DNA of 57,424 nucleotides. It comes from an uncultured Bacilli bacterium. Lineage in GTDB: Bacteria; Bacillota_I; Bacilli_A; RF39; UBA660. A model generated the notes under the pieces. It was not told the origin of the DNA. It made no database searches and saw nothing but the letters and a program-made list of their open reading frames with translations. Numbering within the stretch: position 1 is the first letter of the stretch; every line of letters starts with the position of its first letter. The position numbers and the translations under genes were made by a program. The stretch is taken from positions 1 through 57,424 of the forward strand of contig CANQHE010000003.1 of assembly GCA_947623735.1 (NCBI GenBank), given 5' to 3'. This document shows, piece after piece, positions 16,645-28,385 of this stretch.

Positions 16645-17331
16645 ATGAAAAAAATAATATTAATATTTAGCATTTTATTTTTAACTGGTTGTGATATTAA
16701 TTATAACCTAACCATTAATAATGATCAAATAACTGAAAATATTGACGTTAATGCCGAACTTAATTCACCCCCAATTACTGCTTATATTGATGAACAAGGA
16801 GCAAGTGAAACTGATGATTTAATTGAAGGTGTATCTTATTATAATATAAAAGAGCTTAATAATAGTACATTCTTAGATTATAAATTTTCTTTTAATGACT
16901 ATTATCGTTCAACTGCTACGAATACCTGTTTAAAAAAAGTATCTCTTACCAAAGATTCTCAGAATAACTATATTTTAAATACTACCAGTTACTTTTCTTG
17001 TTTTGATTTATATCCATCTTTAGATAATATAAACGTAAATATTACTTTAAATAATCTTTATACTTTAGTATCTACTAACTCTGATAATCAAAATAATAAT
17101 ACTTATACCTGGCATATAAATAAAAAAAATTATCAAGATAAAAACATTCAATTAATATTCCAAAACAAAACTGAAGATATCCCAAATAATGAAGAAAATA
17201 CTGAAAATAAAAAAGAAGAAGAAACAAGATCAAAAGAAACTAGTATCTTTACTTACATTCTAGTTATCACCGCGGTTACAGTATTCTTAATAGTTATCTT
17301 TGGTTATATAAAATATAAAAGCATTAAATAA
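16645..17331 (+). CDS. Lipoprotein with an additional C-terminal TM helix; unknown function
   Basis: 228 aa with lipobox FLTGC. It is Asn-rich and has the terminal helix IFTYILVITAVTVFLIVIFGYI. Confidence 0.6.
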   Translation: MKKIILIFSILFLTGCDINYNLTINNDQITENIDVNAELNSPPITAYIDEQGASETDDLIEGVSYYNIKELNNSTFLDYKFSFNDYYRSTATNTCLKKVSLTKDSQNNYILNTTSYFSCFDLYPSLDNINVNITLNNLYTLVSTNSDNQNNNTYTWHINKKNYQDKNIQLIFQNKTEDIPNNEENTENKKEEETRSKETSIFTYILVITAVTVFLIVIFGYIKYKSIK

Positions 17332-17403
17332 ATAATTTTACGTTACTTTTTCTTGACTATTTTTAATAATTTGATATACTAAAAGTAATCAAAAAAAGGG
17401 TGC

Positions 17404-18000
17404 ATGAATTTGAATCATTATTTTACTAATAACGAAAACTTAAAAAGTAATCGCCACGATATCTCTTTTACCTATCATGATTATACTTTTAAATTTATAA
17501 GTGATAATGGTGTTTTCTCCAAAAATAAAATCGATTATGGTAGTTTCCTTCTTCTAGATACTTATCTTAAAGATAAACAAAATATTAAAAATTTTTTAGA
17601 TGTCGGCTGTGGCTATGGCTTTATTGGTATTGTTTTAAGTAAAGTTCTAAATATCCAAGGTGAAGGAATTGATATCAATAAACGCGCTTTAAAACTTGCT
17701 ATTGAAAATGCTAAACTAAATAATGTTAGTGTCTCTTTTAAAGAGAGTAATATATATGAAAATATTAATACAACTTATGATTTAATCATCACTAATCCTC
17801 CCATTAGGGCGGGGAAAATAGTAGTTTTATCTATTTTAAAAGATGGTTTAGACTACTTAAATAAAAATGGTGAACTTTGGTGTGTAATAAGGAAAGACCA
17901 AGGCGCTAAAAGCATCATAAAAGAGTTATCGCACCTAGGAAAAGTAGAAATTAAAGAAAAAAGTAAAGGTTTTTATATTTTTTTCATTAAAAAGAATTGA
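17404..18000 (+). CDS. Class I SAM-dependent rRNA methyltransferase (RsmC/YbxB-like small MTase domain)
   Basis: 198 aa with DVGCGYG (motif I) and ITNPPIRAG (NPPY-like motif). It occupies the position upstream of rpoB, as ybxB does in B. subtilis. Confidence 0.85.
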   Translation: MNLNHYFTNNENLKSNRHDISFTYHDYTFKFISDNGVFSKNKIDYGSFLLLDTYLKDKQNIKNFLDVGCGYGFIGIVLSKVLNIQGEGIDINKRALKLAIENAKLNNVSVSFKESNIYENINTTYDLIITNPPIRAGKIVVLSILKDGLDYLNKNGELWCVIRKDQGAKSIIKELSHLGKVEIKEKSKGFYIFFIKKN

Positions 18001-18025
18001 CATACCTTTATTTTGTTGCTAAAAT
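17997..18025 (+). promoter_or_regulatory. Sigma-A promoter upstream of rpoB
   Basis: TTGACA-17-TAAAAT, overlapping the stop codon of the methyltransferase gene. Confidence 0.5.
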
Positions 18026-18094
18026 TTTAAATTGGTGACGTATTTGTTTTTTTCTTTAAATGAGCACTAAAAATTTAGATATTGGGGTGAAATC

Positions 18095-21000
18095 GTGGCT
18101 TATAAAGTTGAAAAATTTGGCGACCATAGAGAAAGAAGAACCTTCTCTACTAGTCGTAACACTATGGAGTTGCAAGACTTACTTGAAATTCAAAAGAAAA
18201 GTTATCAAGAGTTCTTAGATGTTGGTATCAAAGAAACTTTTGAAGATTTATTTCCAGTTGAATCTTTTACTGGTAATATCTCTTTAGAATTTGGCGATTA
18301 TTCTTTTGATGCGCCGAGATATTCTGTTAAAGAAGCAAAGGAAAGAATGGTAAACTATGCTGCTCCTCTAAAGGTTCAAGCAAGAGTATTTATTCACGAA
18401 ACTGGTGAAGTAAAAGAACAAGAAATATTCTTAGGCGATATGCCACTCATGACTGAATCCGGCACATTTATTATTAATGGGGCGGAAAGAGTTATTGTAT
18501 CGCAATTAGTACGTAGTCCATCTATTTATTTCAAAAGAGAAATTGATAAAAATGGTCGTCGTATTATAAGTGGTGAAGTTATACCAAATAAAGGTACCTG
18601 GCTAGAATACGAAGTTGATGCCAGAAACATCATGTATGTTCGTATTGACCGGACAAGAAAAGTACCTATCACTACCTTCTTAAGAGCATTAGGTCTTTCC
18701 AGTGATGAAGATATTTATGCTGTTTTTGGTGAAAATGATTATTTAACCAACACCATTGAAAAAGATTCTACCAGAAATACTGACGAAGCCTTAATTGAAA
18801 TTTACGAAAAATTAAGACCTGGCGAACCAGCAACCCTTGATAGTAGTAAAAATCAATTAGTAACTCGTTTCTTTGACCGTTTCCGTTATGATTTAGCTAA
18901 AGTCGGCCGTTATAAATTTAACAAAAAACTAAATGTTATTGACCGTCTTCTTGGTTGTACTCTAGCTGAAGACATCAAAGATGGTAAAAAGGTAGTAATC
19001 GCTAAAGGTACACTCGTAACTAAAGAAGTCTTAGAAGTATTAAGACCAATCCTTGCTGAAGGATATAATTTAAAGAAAACAATTACTAATGAAGAACTTG
19101 ATGAATATGATAAAATTCAAGAAATTTTAGTATACGATAAAGAAAATCCTGAGAAAGTTATCAAAATTATTGGTAATGACCCAAGTACTGATGTAAGACG
19201 CTTAACTATTCCGGATGTTTATGCATCTGTCTCATATTACTTAAATTTACATGATAATATTGGTAACACTGATGAAATCGATAATTTAGGAAATCGTCGT
19301 GTAAGACAAGTAGGGGAATTAATTCAAAATGTATTCCGTACTGGTATGTCTCGTATGGAAAGAGTTATTCGTGAGCGTATGACAACTCAAGAATTAGACT
19401 CTGTAACCCCTAAAACCTTAATTAATATAAGACCTGTAACCGCGGCTTTAAAAGAATTTTTTGGTTCTTCTCAATTATCCAAATTCATGGACCAAATAAA
19501 TCCTATCGCCGAACTTACTGATAAAAGACGTTTATCAAGTCTTGGGCCTGGTGGTTTATCAAGAGATCGTGCTGGTATGGACGTTCGTGATGTTAATGCA
19601 TCCCACTATGGAAGAATTTGTCCAATCGAATCACCAGAAGGTCAAAACATCGGTCTTATCACATCTCTCGCGGGCTATGCTAAAATAAATGAATATGGTT
19701 TTATTATGACACCATATCGTAAAGTAAAAGATGGCGTTGTAACTGATGAAGTTAAATATATGACTGCTGATGAAGAACATGATTACTATATTTCTCAAGC
19801 AACAGTTAAATTAGATGATAATAATCGGATTATTGAAGATGAAATACTATGTCGTTTAAATGGCGATAACGTTATGGTAAAAAGAGAAAATGTCAATTAT
19901 GTTGACGTTGCTCCAAGCCAAATCGTTGCTATAACTACTAGTTGTATTCCGTTCCTTGAATACGATGATGCTAACCGTACCCTAATGGGTGCTAACATGC
20001 AACGTCAAGCAGTACCACTATTAACTAGTGAAGCTCCAATCGTAGGAACTGGTGTTGAATATATCGCCGCTCGTGATTCTGGTTCTACGGTTGTTTGTAA
20101 AGCTGATGGTGTAGTTGAATATGCTGATGGCAAAAAGATAATTGTCAAAAATGCTAAAGGCAAAGATACCTATTATCTCGCGGATTTTGAACGTACTAAT
20201 GCCTCAACCGCGCTAAACCATCATCCAATCGTTAAAAAAGGTGACAAAGTTCATCGGGGTGAAGTAATCGCCGATGGCCCATCTACCGAAAAAGGTGAAT
20301 TAGCCTTAGGTAAAAACATGGTTGTTGCCTTCATGACCTTTAATGGTTATAACTATGAAGATGCCGTAATCTTAAATGAAAGATTAGTAAAAGATGACGT
20401 TTATACTTCTCTTCACTTAGAACATTATGACATTGATTGTCGTGATACTAAATTAGGACCTGAAGAAATAACAAGAGATATTCCCAATGTTGGTGAAGAA
20501 GCTCGTAAAAACCTCGATTCCAATGGTATTGTAAGAATTGGTACTGAGGTTAAAGAAGGGGATATCTTAGTTGGTAAAGTAACACCAAAAGGAATGCAAG
20601 AATTAACTAGTGAAGAAAAACTATTACACGCTATCTTTGGTGAAAAAACAAGAGAAGTAAGAGATACTTCCCTTAGAGTTGAACATGGTGCCGCTGGTAT
20701 TGTTCACGATGTTAAAATATATACCAAAGAAAATTCTGATGAACTTCCAGCTGGTGTTTCTAAAATAATTCGTGTTTATATTATTCAAAAACGTAAAATT
20801 CAAGTTGGTGACAAAATGTCTGGTCGCCATGGTAACAAAGGTGTTATCTCTCTAGTCTTACCAGAAGAAGATATGCCATACTTACCAGATGGTCGTCCTG
20901 TTGATGTTATGTTAAACCCTCTAGGTGTTCCATCTCGTATGAATATCGGTCAAATCTTAGAATTACACTTAGGTATGGCAGGAAAAATCCAAGGTGTTCA

Positions 21001-21760
21001 TTATGCCACTCCTGTTTTCGATAGTGCTACTTGGGAAGATATTCGAGAAGAAATGGATGCCGCTGGTATGGAAAAAGATGGTAAAACCATTCTTTACAAT
21101 GGCCGTACTGGTGAACCATTTGACCATCGTATCTCGGTTGGAGTTATGTATATGTTAAAACTTCATCACATGGTTGATGATAAGTTGCACGCAAGAGCAA
21201 CCGGACCATACTCCCTTGTTACACAACAACCTCTAGGTGGTAAAGCTCAGTTTGGTGGTCAACGTTTCGGAGAAATGGAAGTTTGGGCTCTATATGCTTA
21301 TGGTGCTGCTCATGTCTTACAAGAAATCTTGACTGTTAAAGCCGATGATATAATTGGCCGTGTTAAAGTCTATGAAGCTCTAGTTAAAGGTAAAACTGTT
21401 AATCAAGCCGGTGTACCTGAATCATTCCGTGTTTTAATTAAAGAATTCCAAGCTTTAGGTTTAGATATGCAAATCATTGATAATGATGATAATGTGATAG
21501 AATTTAAAGAACTAGAGGAAGAAGAAGATAAAGAAGAAACTTTGAAAATAGAAGAAATCGATGCTGAAGCATCAATTAGAGATGGTGAAATCGAAACTAA
21601 AGACGAAGCCGAAGATATGCCTGAAGAAGATTATGATAATCTTGAAAACGAAGATAATGAAGACGACGAAGAAGATAATGATGACTTCGATGATGAAGAT
21701 TTCGATGCTACTGATGAAGAATTAAAAGCCATAGAAGAAAATGATGGGGAAGAGGTGTAA
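18095..21760 (+). CDS. rpoB: DNA-directed RNA polymerase beta subunit
   Basis: 1221 aa with a GTG start after the SD GGGGTGA. It shows unmistakable RpoB blocks, including [13 protein letters not shown] and [14 protein letters not shown], and has an acidic C-terminal tail. Confidence 0.98.
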   Translation: MAYKVEKFGDHRERRTFSTSRNTMELQDLLEIQKKSYQEFLDVGIKETFEDLFPVESFTGNISLEFGDYSFDAPRYSVKEAKERMVNYAAPLKVQARVFIHETGEVKEQEIFLGDMPLMTESGTFIINGAERVIVSQLVRSPSIYFKREIDKNGRRIISGEVIPNKGTWLEYEVDARNIMYVRIDRTRKVPITTFLRALGLSSDEDIYAVFGENDYLTNTIEKDSTRNTDEALIEIYEKLRPGEPATLDSSKNQLVTRFFDRFRYDLAKVGRYKFNKKLNVIDRLLGCTLAEDIKDGKKVVIAKGTLVTKEVLEVLRPILAEGYNLKKTITNEELDEYDKIQEILVYDKENPEKVIKIIGNDPSTDVRRLTIPDVYASVSYYLNLHDNIGNTDEIDNLGNRRVRQVGELIQNVFRTGMSRMERVIRERMTTQELDSVTPKTLINIRPVTAALKEFFGSSQLSKFMDQINPIAELTDKRRLSSLGPGGLSRDRAGMDVRDVNASHYGRICPIESPEGQNIGLITSLAGYAKINEYGFIMTPYRKVKDGVVTDEVKYMTADEEHDYYISQATVKLDDNNRIIEDEILCRLNGDNVMVKRENVNYVDVAPSQIVAITTSCIPFLEYDDANRTLMGANMQRQAVPLLTSEAPIVGTGVEYIAARDSGSTVVCKADGVVEYADGKKIIVKNAKGKDTYYLADFERTNASTALNHHPIVKKGDKVHRGEVIADGPSTEKGELALGKNMVVAFMTFNGYNYEDAVILNERLVKDDVYTSLHLEHYDIDCRDTKLGPEEITRDIPNVGEEARKNLDSNGIVRIGTEVKEGDILVGKVTPKGMQELTSEEKLLHAIFGEKTREVRDTSLRVEHGAAGIVHDVKIYTKENSDELPAGVSKIIRVYIIQKRKIQVGDKMSGRHGNKGVISLVLPEEDMPYLPDGRPVDVMLNPLGVPSRMNIGQILELHLGMAGKIQGVHYATPVFDSATWEDIREEMDAAGMEKDGKTILYNGRTGEPFDHRISVGVMYMLKLHHMVDDKLHARATGPYSLVTQQPLGGKAQFGGQRFGEMEVWALYAYGAAHVLQEILTVKADDIIGRVKVYEALVKGKTVNQAGVPESFRVLIKEFQALGLDMQIIDNDDNVIEFKELEEEEDKEETLKIEEIDAEASIRDGEIETKDEAEDMPEEDYDNLENEDNEDDEEDNDDFDDEDFDATDEELKAIEENDGEEV

Positions 21761-21763
21761 AAA

Positions 21764-24700
21764 TTGATAGATGTTAATAATTTTAAAGGAATTAAAATAG
21801 GAATTGCATCACCAGAAAAAATTCGTAGTTGGTCTTATGGTGAAGTAGAAAAACCCGAAACAATCAATTATCGTACGCTAAAACCTGAACGTGGAGGCTT
21901 ATTCTGTGAAAAGATATTTGGCCCTACTAAAGACTATGAATGTTCATGTGGTAAATATAAAAGATTAAGATACAAAAATGTTATATGTGACCGTTGTGGA
22001 GTTGAAGTTACTAAATCTCGCGTCAGAAGAGAGCGAATGGGGCATATTGAACTAGCCGCTCCATGCTCTCACATCTGGTTCTTTAAAGGTGTTCCATCAA
22101 AAATGGGCTTAGTTCTTGATATGTCTCCTCGGGACTTAGAAGAAGTATTATACTTTGTAAGTTATGTTGTAATTGACCCCGGAAGTGCTCCTCTAGAACG
22201 TAAACAAACTTTATCTGATAAAGAATATCGGGCTTATTATGAAAAATATGGCAACTCATTTAAAGTTGGTATGGGTGCAGAAGCCATCAAAGAATTACTT
22301 AAGATGGTTGATCTTGATAAAGAAATTGCTGAATTAAGAAGCGAACTTGAAAATGCGACTGGTCAAAAACGTATTCGTCTCGTTAAACGTTTAGACTGTT
22401 TAGTAGCTTTCCAAGAAAGTGGCAACAAACCTGAATGGATGGTTTTAGATGTCTTACCAGTAATCCCACCAGAACTTCGTCCAATGATTCAATTAGATGG
22501 TGGTCGTTTTGCGACATCTGACTTAAATGATTTATATCGTCGTATTATTAATCGTAATAATCGTTTAAGAAAATTATTAGAATTAGGAGCTCCAACTATC
22601 ATTGTTCAAAATGAAAAACGTATGCTTCAAGAAGCAGTTGACTCTTTATTTGATAATGGTCGTCGTGGTCGAAGTATCACCGCGGCTGGTAATCGTCCTT
22701 TAAAGAGTTTATCTAGTATGTTAAAAGGTAAACAAGGTCGTTTCCGTCAAAATCTTCTTGGTAAACGTGTTGACTATTCTGGTCGTAGTGTTATCGTTGT
22801 CGGTCCAAATCTTAAAATGTATCAATGTGGTTTACCAAAAGAAATGGCTCTTGAACTATTTAAACCTCATGTTATACATGGCTTAGTTGAACGTGGTCTT
22901 GCTCATAACATCAAAGGTGCTAAAAAATTAATTGATACTCGCGATGAATGTGTCTGGGATATTGTTGAAGATGTTATCACTGAACATCCTGTCTTATTAA
23001 ACCGTGCCCCAACTCTTCACCGTCTTGGTATTCAAGCTTTTGAACCTAAGTTAGTTGGTGGTAAAGCTATCCGTTTGCATCCTCTTGTTTGTACAGGATT
23101 TAATGCCGACTTCGATGGTGACCAAATGGCTGTTCATATCCCATTATCGGAAGAAGCAAAAGCGGAAGCTCGCATACTTATGTTATCAGCATCTAATATC
23201 TTAAATCCTAAAGATGGTAAACCAATTGTTACTCCATCTCAAGACATGGTTTTAGGGAACTGTTACTTAACTATTGAAAAAGCCGGCGAAGAAAATGAAG
23301 GTAAAGTATTTAAAAATACTAATGAAGCTTTAATGGCTTACGAAAGAAGAGAAGTAACATTACATACTCGTATTGCTATTCCTGTTCGTTCATTCAAATA
23401 TAAATTATTTACGGAAGAACAAATGGATAAATATTTAGTAACAACCGTTGGTAAAATAATCTTTAATGAAATCTTACCTGATTCTTTCCCATATGTAAAT
23501 GAAGGAACAAAAGACAACATTGAAGGTATAACTCCGGCTAAATACTTTATCGAAATGGGTAAAAATATCCCTGAAGAAATATCTAAAATGGAAATATCTA
23601 AACCATTTGTTAAGAAAACTCTTGAATGGATAATTGCGCAAGTATTTAAACGTTATAAAACAACGGAAACTTCAATCATGCTTGATAAATTAAAGGATTT
23701 AGGTTTCAAATATTCAACAGTCGCTGGTATTACTGTCTCTGTATCTGACATTGTTAGAAGTGCTAAAAAACCGGAAATCATTGCTAATGCTAAAGCTAAA
23801 GTAGAAAAAGTAAATAAACAATTTAAACGTGGTTTAATAACTGATGAAGAACGTTATAATAGTGTTATTGAAATTTGGACTGAAGCTAATGATGAAGTTA
23901 AAAAAGAACTTCAAGAAATATCTGCTAATGATTTCGATAATCCAATCTTCATGATGATGAACTCTAATGCGCGTGGTTCTATCTCTAACTTTACCCAACT
24001 TGCTGGTATGCGGGGACTTATGGCTAAACCTGATGGTTCAACCGTTGAAATTCCAATTACATCTTGCTTTATTGAAGGTCTAGATGTATCTGAATTCTTC
24101 TTATCAACCCATGGTTCTCGTAAAGGTTCTGCCGATACTGCCTTACGTACTGCCGATTCTGGTTACTTAACTCGTCGTTTAGTTGATGTTGCTCAAGATA
24201 TTATTGTTAAAGAATTTGACTGTGGTACGATATCTGGAGTTGAAGTTTATGATTTATTAAATGATAAAGATGGTTCTGTAATTGAATCATTACAAGAAAG
24301 AATCTTAGGTCGTTATACTGCTAAAAAAGTAGTAAACCCTGAAACTAAAGAATTAATCGTTGATAAAGATGAACTTATTACTGAAAACATTGCCTCTAAA
24401 ATAGTTAAAGCTGGTGTTAAGAAAGTTGAAATAAGAAGTGTCTTAACTTGTAAAACCCAAAATGGTGTTTGTCAAAAATGTTATGGACGTAACTTAGCTA
24501 CTGGTAATCTTGTTGAAACTGGGGAAGCTGTTGGTATTATGGCTGCTCAATCAATTGGTGAACCAGGTACTCAGTTAACCATGCGTACTTTCCATACCGG
24601 AGGTGTTGCCGGAGGCGATGATATCACTCAAGGTCTTCCTCGTGTTGAAGAATTATTTGAAGCTCGGACGCCAAAATATAAAGCAACTATTTCCGAGATA

Positions 24701-25516
24701 AGTGGTAAAGTAATCTCTATTGAAGATCAAGGTGGCAAACATAAAGTTGTCGTTGAAAATGAAGCTGGTATAAGAGAACATATTACTAATTACAATACTA
24801 AACTTCGTGTTGAAGTAGGGGATACTGTTACCGCGGGTGAAAAATTAACTGAAGGCTCTATTGCGCCCAAAGAATTACTCGCCGTTACTGACCCTCTAAC
24901 CGCTGAAGAATACATCTTAAAAGAAATCCAATCTGTATATAAATTACAAGGTGTTGATATCAATGATAAACACGTTGAAATAATTGTTAAACGCATGATT
25001 AATAAAGTTCGTATTATTGATGCTGGTGACACTGATTTTGTTGAAGGTCTAACTGTTTCAATGCACGAATTTACTGAAGGTAATAAACCAGTAATCTTAC
25101 GTGGTGGTATACCTGCAACAGGTCGTCCTATCATGCTTGGTATTACTAAATCATCTCTAGAAACTGATAGTTACTTATCAGCAGCCTCTTTCCAAGAAAC
25201 AACTCGTGTTTTAACTGATGCGGCTATCAAAGGTAAAGTTGATTACTTAAGAGGCTTAAAAGAAAACGTTATTATTGGAAAACTTATTCCGGCTGGTACT
25301 GGTGCTAAAGAATATAGTGACATAAATCTTTATTTAGAAAAAGAATTTATGGAAGATGATGCCCAAGAATTTTTAGAAGATAAACTTTTAGAAGAAGAAG
25401 GCGAAGCTAGTGAAAATCCTGATTCTGAGGCCAAAGAAGAAATCGAAAACGAAGATATTGACGTTGAAGATATCAAATTAGATGCTGAAGAAGAGGAAGA
25501 AGATAGTGCTGAATAA
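21764..25516 (+). CDS. rpoC: DNA-directed RNA polymerase beta' subunit
   Basis: 1250 aa with a TTG start after the SD GAGGTG. It has the [12 protein letters not shown] catalytic motif, the zinc finger CSCGKYK..CDRCG, and an acidic C-terminal tail. Confidence 0.98.
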   Translation: MIDVNNFKGIKIGIASPEKIRSWSYGEVEKPETINYRTLKPERGGLFCEKIFGPTKDYECSCGKYKRLRYKNVICDRCGVEVTKSRVRRERMGHIELAAPCSHIWFFKGVPSKMGLVLDMSPRDLEEVLYFVSYVVIDPGSAPLERKQTLSDKEYRAYYEKYGNSFKVGMGAEAIKELLKMVDLDKEIAELRSELENATGQKRIRLVKRLDCLVAFQESGNKPEWMVLDVLPVIPPELRPMIQLDGGRFATSDLNDLYRRIINRNNRLRKLLELGAPTIIVQNEKRMLQEAVDSLFDNGRRGRSITAAGNRPLKSLSSMLKGKQGRFRQNLLGKRVDYSGRSVIVVGPNLKMYQCGLPKEMALELFKPHVIHGLVERGLAHNIKGAKKLIDTRDECVWDIVEDVITEHPVLLNRAPTLHRLGIQAFEPKLVGGKAIRLHPLVCTGFNADFDGDQMAVHIPLSEEAKAEARILMLSASNILNPKDGKPIVTPSQDMVLGNCYLTIEKAGEENEGKVFKNTNEALMAYERREVTLHTRIAIPVRSFKYKLFTEEQMDKYLVTTVGKIIFNEILPDSFPYVNEGTKDNIEGITPAKYFIEMGKNIPEEISKMEISKPFVKKTLEWIIAQVFKRYKTTETSIMLDKLKDLGFKYSTVAGITVSVSDIVRSAKKPEIIANAKAKVEKVNKQFKRGLITDEERYNSVIEIWTEANDEVKKELQEISANDFDNPIFMMMNSNARGSISNFTQLAGMRGLMAKPDGSTVEIPITSCFIEGLDVSEFFLSTHGSRKGSADTALRTADSGYLTRRLVDVAQDIIVKEFDCGTISGVEVYDLLNDKDGSVIESLQERILGRYTAKKVVNPETKELIVDKDELITENIASKIVKAGVKKVEIRSVLTCKTQNGVCQKCYGRNLATGNLVETGEAVGIMAAQSIGEPGTQLTMRTFHTGGVAGGDDITQGLPRVEELFEARTPKYKATISEISGKVISIEDQGGKHKVVVENEAGIREHITNYNTKLRVEVGDTVTAGEKLTEGSIAPKELLAVTDPLTAEEYILKEIQSVYKLQGVDINDKHVEIIVKRMINKVRIIDAGDTDFVEGLTVSMHEFTEGNKPVILRGGIPATGRPIMLGITKSSLETDSYLSAASFQETTRVLTDAAIKGKVDYLRGLKENVIIGKLIPAGTGAKEYSDINLYLEKEFMEDDAQEFLEDKLLEEEGEASENPDSEAKEEIENEDIDVEDIKLDAEEEEEDSAE

Positions 25517-25519
25517 AAG

Positions 25520-25545
25520 TGATGAAGAAATTCATCATTTTTTTT
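25520..25545 (+). terminator. Rho-independent terminator of rpoC
   Basis: TGATGAA-GAAA-TTCATCA followed by T8. Confidence 0.75.
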
Positions 25546-25603
25546 AACTATTAATATTTACATTATTAAAAATAGTAGTATACTAAAACTTGGGGTGTTT
25601 GGT

Positions 25604-26458
25604 ATGAATTACAAAACTTGTTTACAAAAACTATATAAAGTTGAATCTAAAATCGAAGATTGTTATTTAGAACTCGCAGAAATTGAAGCTTGTGGTGCTT
25701 ATGATGAACACGAACATAACACCATTAAAGTTCGAATTAATACACTAGTAAATGATGAAAAAAAATTACTAGAACTATTATTTAATTTAAGTGATTATAT
25801 AACGCTTAAAAATCAAATTACCATGGATAAAGAAGCTCCCAAAGAACCACTTATATCTTTAGGTCATCTTACTAATAGTTATCATTTTCGCCTTTTAAAT
25901 ATTCTAGAGGCCTTAAGTGGTGATGAACTATTACAATATGCATCTACTCTAAAAAGTGATATAAATCATATTATTTTACTTATGACTGAGTTTTTAATTA
26001 ATAATCCATATTATGAAGAAATAAAAGAAGATTTAATAACTTTAAAACATAATCTAACCTTCATGGATTATAACTTAGAATCAGACTTTCTCATGGATAT
26101 AATTGATTTTGAAGTTGAATTACTATCCAAAAATTATCGTACTAATGATATGCCTAGTTATGAATATGTCGATAAAAGTATTTTAGTCTTAGAAACAATT
26201 AATTATCTTGAAACTTTAGAAAGTATTCCCGAAAATATGATATCTCCTAATATCGAAAGTATTGTTATAATTACAATATTAAATATTCTAGCGCGTCTAA
26301 CTTTATGTGAAGAAAGAGAATTAAACATGGTCTATCCAAGACTTCAAGCTTTACTTGAAAGCGAATATACAAGTGAAATAGTAAAAACCAAATTAACGGA
26401 TATGTTTGCAATCTTAAATAATGTTAAATCAAGCTTTAATTGGAGTAGGGACATTTAA
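25604..26458 (+). CDS. Hypothetical cytoplasmic helical protein
   Basis: 284 aa. The ATG at 25604 follows the SD GGGGTG; the track's GTG at 25595 lies inside that SD. I recognised no motifs. Confidence 0.55.
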   Translation: MNYKTCLQKLYKVESKIEDCYLELAEIEACGAYDEHEHNTIKVRINTLVNDEKKLLELLFNLSDYITLKNQITMDKEAPKEPLISLGHLTNSYHFRLLNILEALSGDELLQYASTLKSDINHIILLMTEFLINNPYYEEIKEDLITLKHNLTFMDYNLESDFLMDIIDFEVELLSKNYRTNDMPSYEYVDKSILVLETINYLETLESIPENMISPNIESIVIITILNILARLTLCEERELNMVYPRLQALLESEYTSEIVKTKLTDMFAILNNVKSSFNWSRDI

Positions 26459-26771
26459 AAGTTCACAAATAAAACATTAAAATATCACAAAAGATAAGTA
26501 TACTAAATATGAAAAAAGAAGTGTAAAGTATTAAAAAATGAGATTTAAATAATTTTGCTCCTTTAATACACTTCTTTTTTCATGTCTAAAAAAACTTTTA
26601 AAAAAATGACGCAAAATAGAACATTTTTCTTGAAATTTTATCAATAATATTGTATATTAGAAATATAAAGTAGAAAAATATAATATATTTTGATATGTTT
26701 TGTCGAAAGCAATGAAATATTTTATAAATATATTATAATAAGAAAGTAAAGGAGAGTGTTTAATATCTATT

Positions 26772-28385
26772 ATGGAGTTTCAAACTTTAAGAAAGAGTAA
26801 TACTACTAAAAAAGTAGTAATTGCTTTAGTGTTGTTTATAGCATTAGGGGTAACTATCCTTATGCTTACCACAAGGGCGAAGTATAAGCTGGTGGAGAGC
26901 GTACCCCTAGCAAATGGGACAATTAATTATACATTAGTTGATTTTGAACTAGCGGGGATAAAATTTAAAGCAAGTGGTAGTCAAGATTATGGAGATGTAA
27001 GTACAATAGAAGATAACTATGAATTTAATCAAGGCATGAGTTATTGTACAGAAAAATATAGTGATGGTAGTGATAATTTTAAAGATGTAAGAAATAATAA
27101 TTTAGCAATAAATTTTGATAAAGAGAATAAAACAATAAGTATTAAACCATATAGCAAAAAGGGAACTAAGTGTTATTTGTTTTTTGATGAAGAGAAACAA
27201 ATAACAAGTGAAGATGTTTTAAAAGATACTTTGAAACAGTCATCTAAAGGTCAAGTAGATAAATTTTCTGGAACAGCTTGTGGAGGAAGCTGTGATATAA
27301 CTACTCAAAATGGAATATATGAAGCCGAAGATGATTATGGAACCAGTTATTATTATCGAGGAACAGTAGATAACAACTGGTTAGTATTTGGACAAGATAC
27401 AACAAATAAACAATATATATGGTGGAGAATTATAAGAATCAATGGTAATGGAAGTATAAGAATAATGTATGCTGGAACAAGTAATAGCAAGGCATCCGCT
27501 CCATCAACAACAGGAAATACAACAATGATAAAACCAAAAACAAATACAAATAGAAGCGATTTTCCCAATGCAGTATATTTTAATCAAACATCCAATGATA
27601 ACAAATATGTAGGATACATGTATCCAGGAGAAAAAGGAAAAGCAAGTACAGATTTTGATGGAGCACATAAAGTAGATAATACTAGCACAAAGAGTGATGC
27701 ATTAACTCAAATAGAGTCATGGTATAACCAAGATACAAATTTAGGAACATTAGCGGCTCAATATATAGATGTAGATACAGGATTCTGTAGTGATAGTACA
27801 GTATCCATAATTAATCATGGAAGTAACTATCCAGGAACAGGAAGTTTAGGATTCGGTTCTAATAAAACCGCATATGCTGGAACAGATAGAGTATGGCAGA
27901 GCGGAAGTACAAGTACCTTAAATCCACAAACTCCAACATTAAAATGTGGATATACCGTATCAACACAAAAAACAGATGAGAATGCAAGAAAAAGAGATTT
28001 GTATACTGGTCCAGGCGCAAATGTAAATGGAACAAAAGGAAGTAACGGAACAACGATAACAGGAAATAATGCACTTCCTGTACCAGTTGGTTTAATCACT
28101 ATGGATGAGGTAATATATGCAGGAGGTTTTTTTGGAAAAGCCAATGCAAACTATTGGTTAAAAACCGATAAATATTATTGGACAATGTCTCCGTTTTACT
28201 TTTACGGCAGCTATGCTGACGTGTTCAATGTGGCTGATAGTGGCTACCTCAGCCACGGCAACACGAGAGACTCTAGCTTTGGTGTTCGCCCCGTAATAAA
28301 CCTTAAAGCTAGTACAGCCTTTACCTTCGATAATACTAAACCAGCCGGAACCACAACTAATCCCTATGTAGTTGAAGCATCTTAA
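26772..28385 (+). CDS. Secreted or membrane-anchored protein, paralog of 53949-55901 (Cys-containing beta module plus conserved C-terminal domain of about 340 aa ending GVRPVINLK)
   Basis: 537 aa with an N-terminal TM/signal anchor. By eye it is roughly 55% identical to the 650-aa protein from ENGIYE.EDDYG.SY.YRG to RPVINLK. The SD-to-ATG spacing is long (about 17 nt). Confidence 0.7.
   Translation: MEFQTLRKSNTTKKVVIALVLFIALGVTILMLTTRAKYKLVESVPLANGTINYTLVDFELAGIKFKASGSQDYGDVSTIEDNYEFNQGMSYCTEKYSDGSDNFKDVRNNNLAINFDKENKTISIKPYSKKGTKCYLFFDEEKQITSEDVLKDTLKQSSKGQVDKFSGTACGGSCDITTQNGIYEAEDDYGTSYYYRGTVDNNWLVFGQDTTNKQYIWWRIIRINGNGSIRIMYAGTSNSKASAPSTTGNTTMIKPKTNTNRSDFPNAVYFNQTSNDNKYVGYMYPGEKGKASTDFDGAHKVDNTSTKSDALTQIESWYNQDTNLGTLAAQYIDVDTGFCSDSTVSIINHGSNYPGTGSLGFGSNKTAYAGTDRVWQSGSTSTLNPQTPTLKCGYTVSTQKTDENARKRDLYTGPGANVNGTKGSNGTTITGNNALPVPVGLITMDEVIYAGGFFGKANANYWLKTDKYYWTMSPFYFYGSYADVFNVADSGYLSHGNTRDSSFGVRPVINLKASTAFTFDNTKPAGTTTNPYVVEAS

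Noticed and set aside
20624-25134. Antisense ORFs within rpoB and rpoC: 20624-20830, 23338-23520 and 24790-25134.
   Set aside because: They lie opposite universally conserved RNA polymerase coding sequence and are spurious.
21480-25516. The long acidic C-terminal tails of RpoB and RpoC as possible insertions, inteins or fusions.
   Set aside because: They are simple D/E-rich low-complexity extensions without intein blocks. Firmicute RpoB and RpoC commonly end in acidic tails.
26509-26583. Mirror-image mini-ORFs (MKKEV / MKKEVY) on both strands.
   Set aside because: They are artefacts of the 17-bp inverted repeat. They have no SD and are only 5-6 codons long.
27353-28144. Three antisense ORFs inside the 537-aa gene, and three inside the 650-aa gene (54742-55639).
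   Set aside because: They are a by-product of the A-ending codon bias of these genes, which leaves few stop codons on the opposite strand. The sense frames are supported by paralog conservation.
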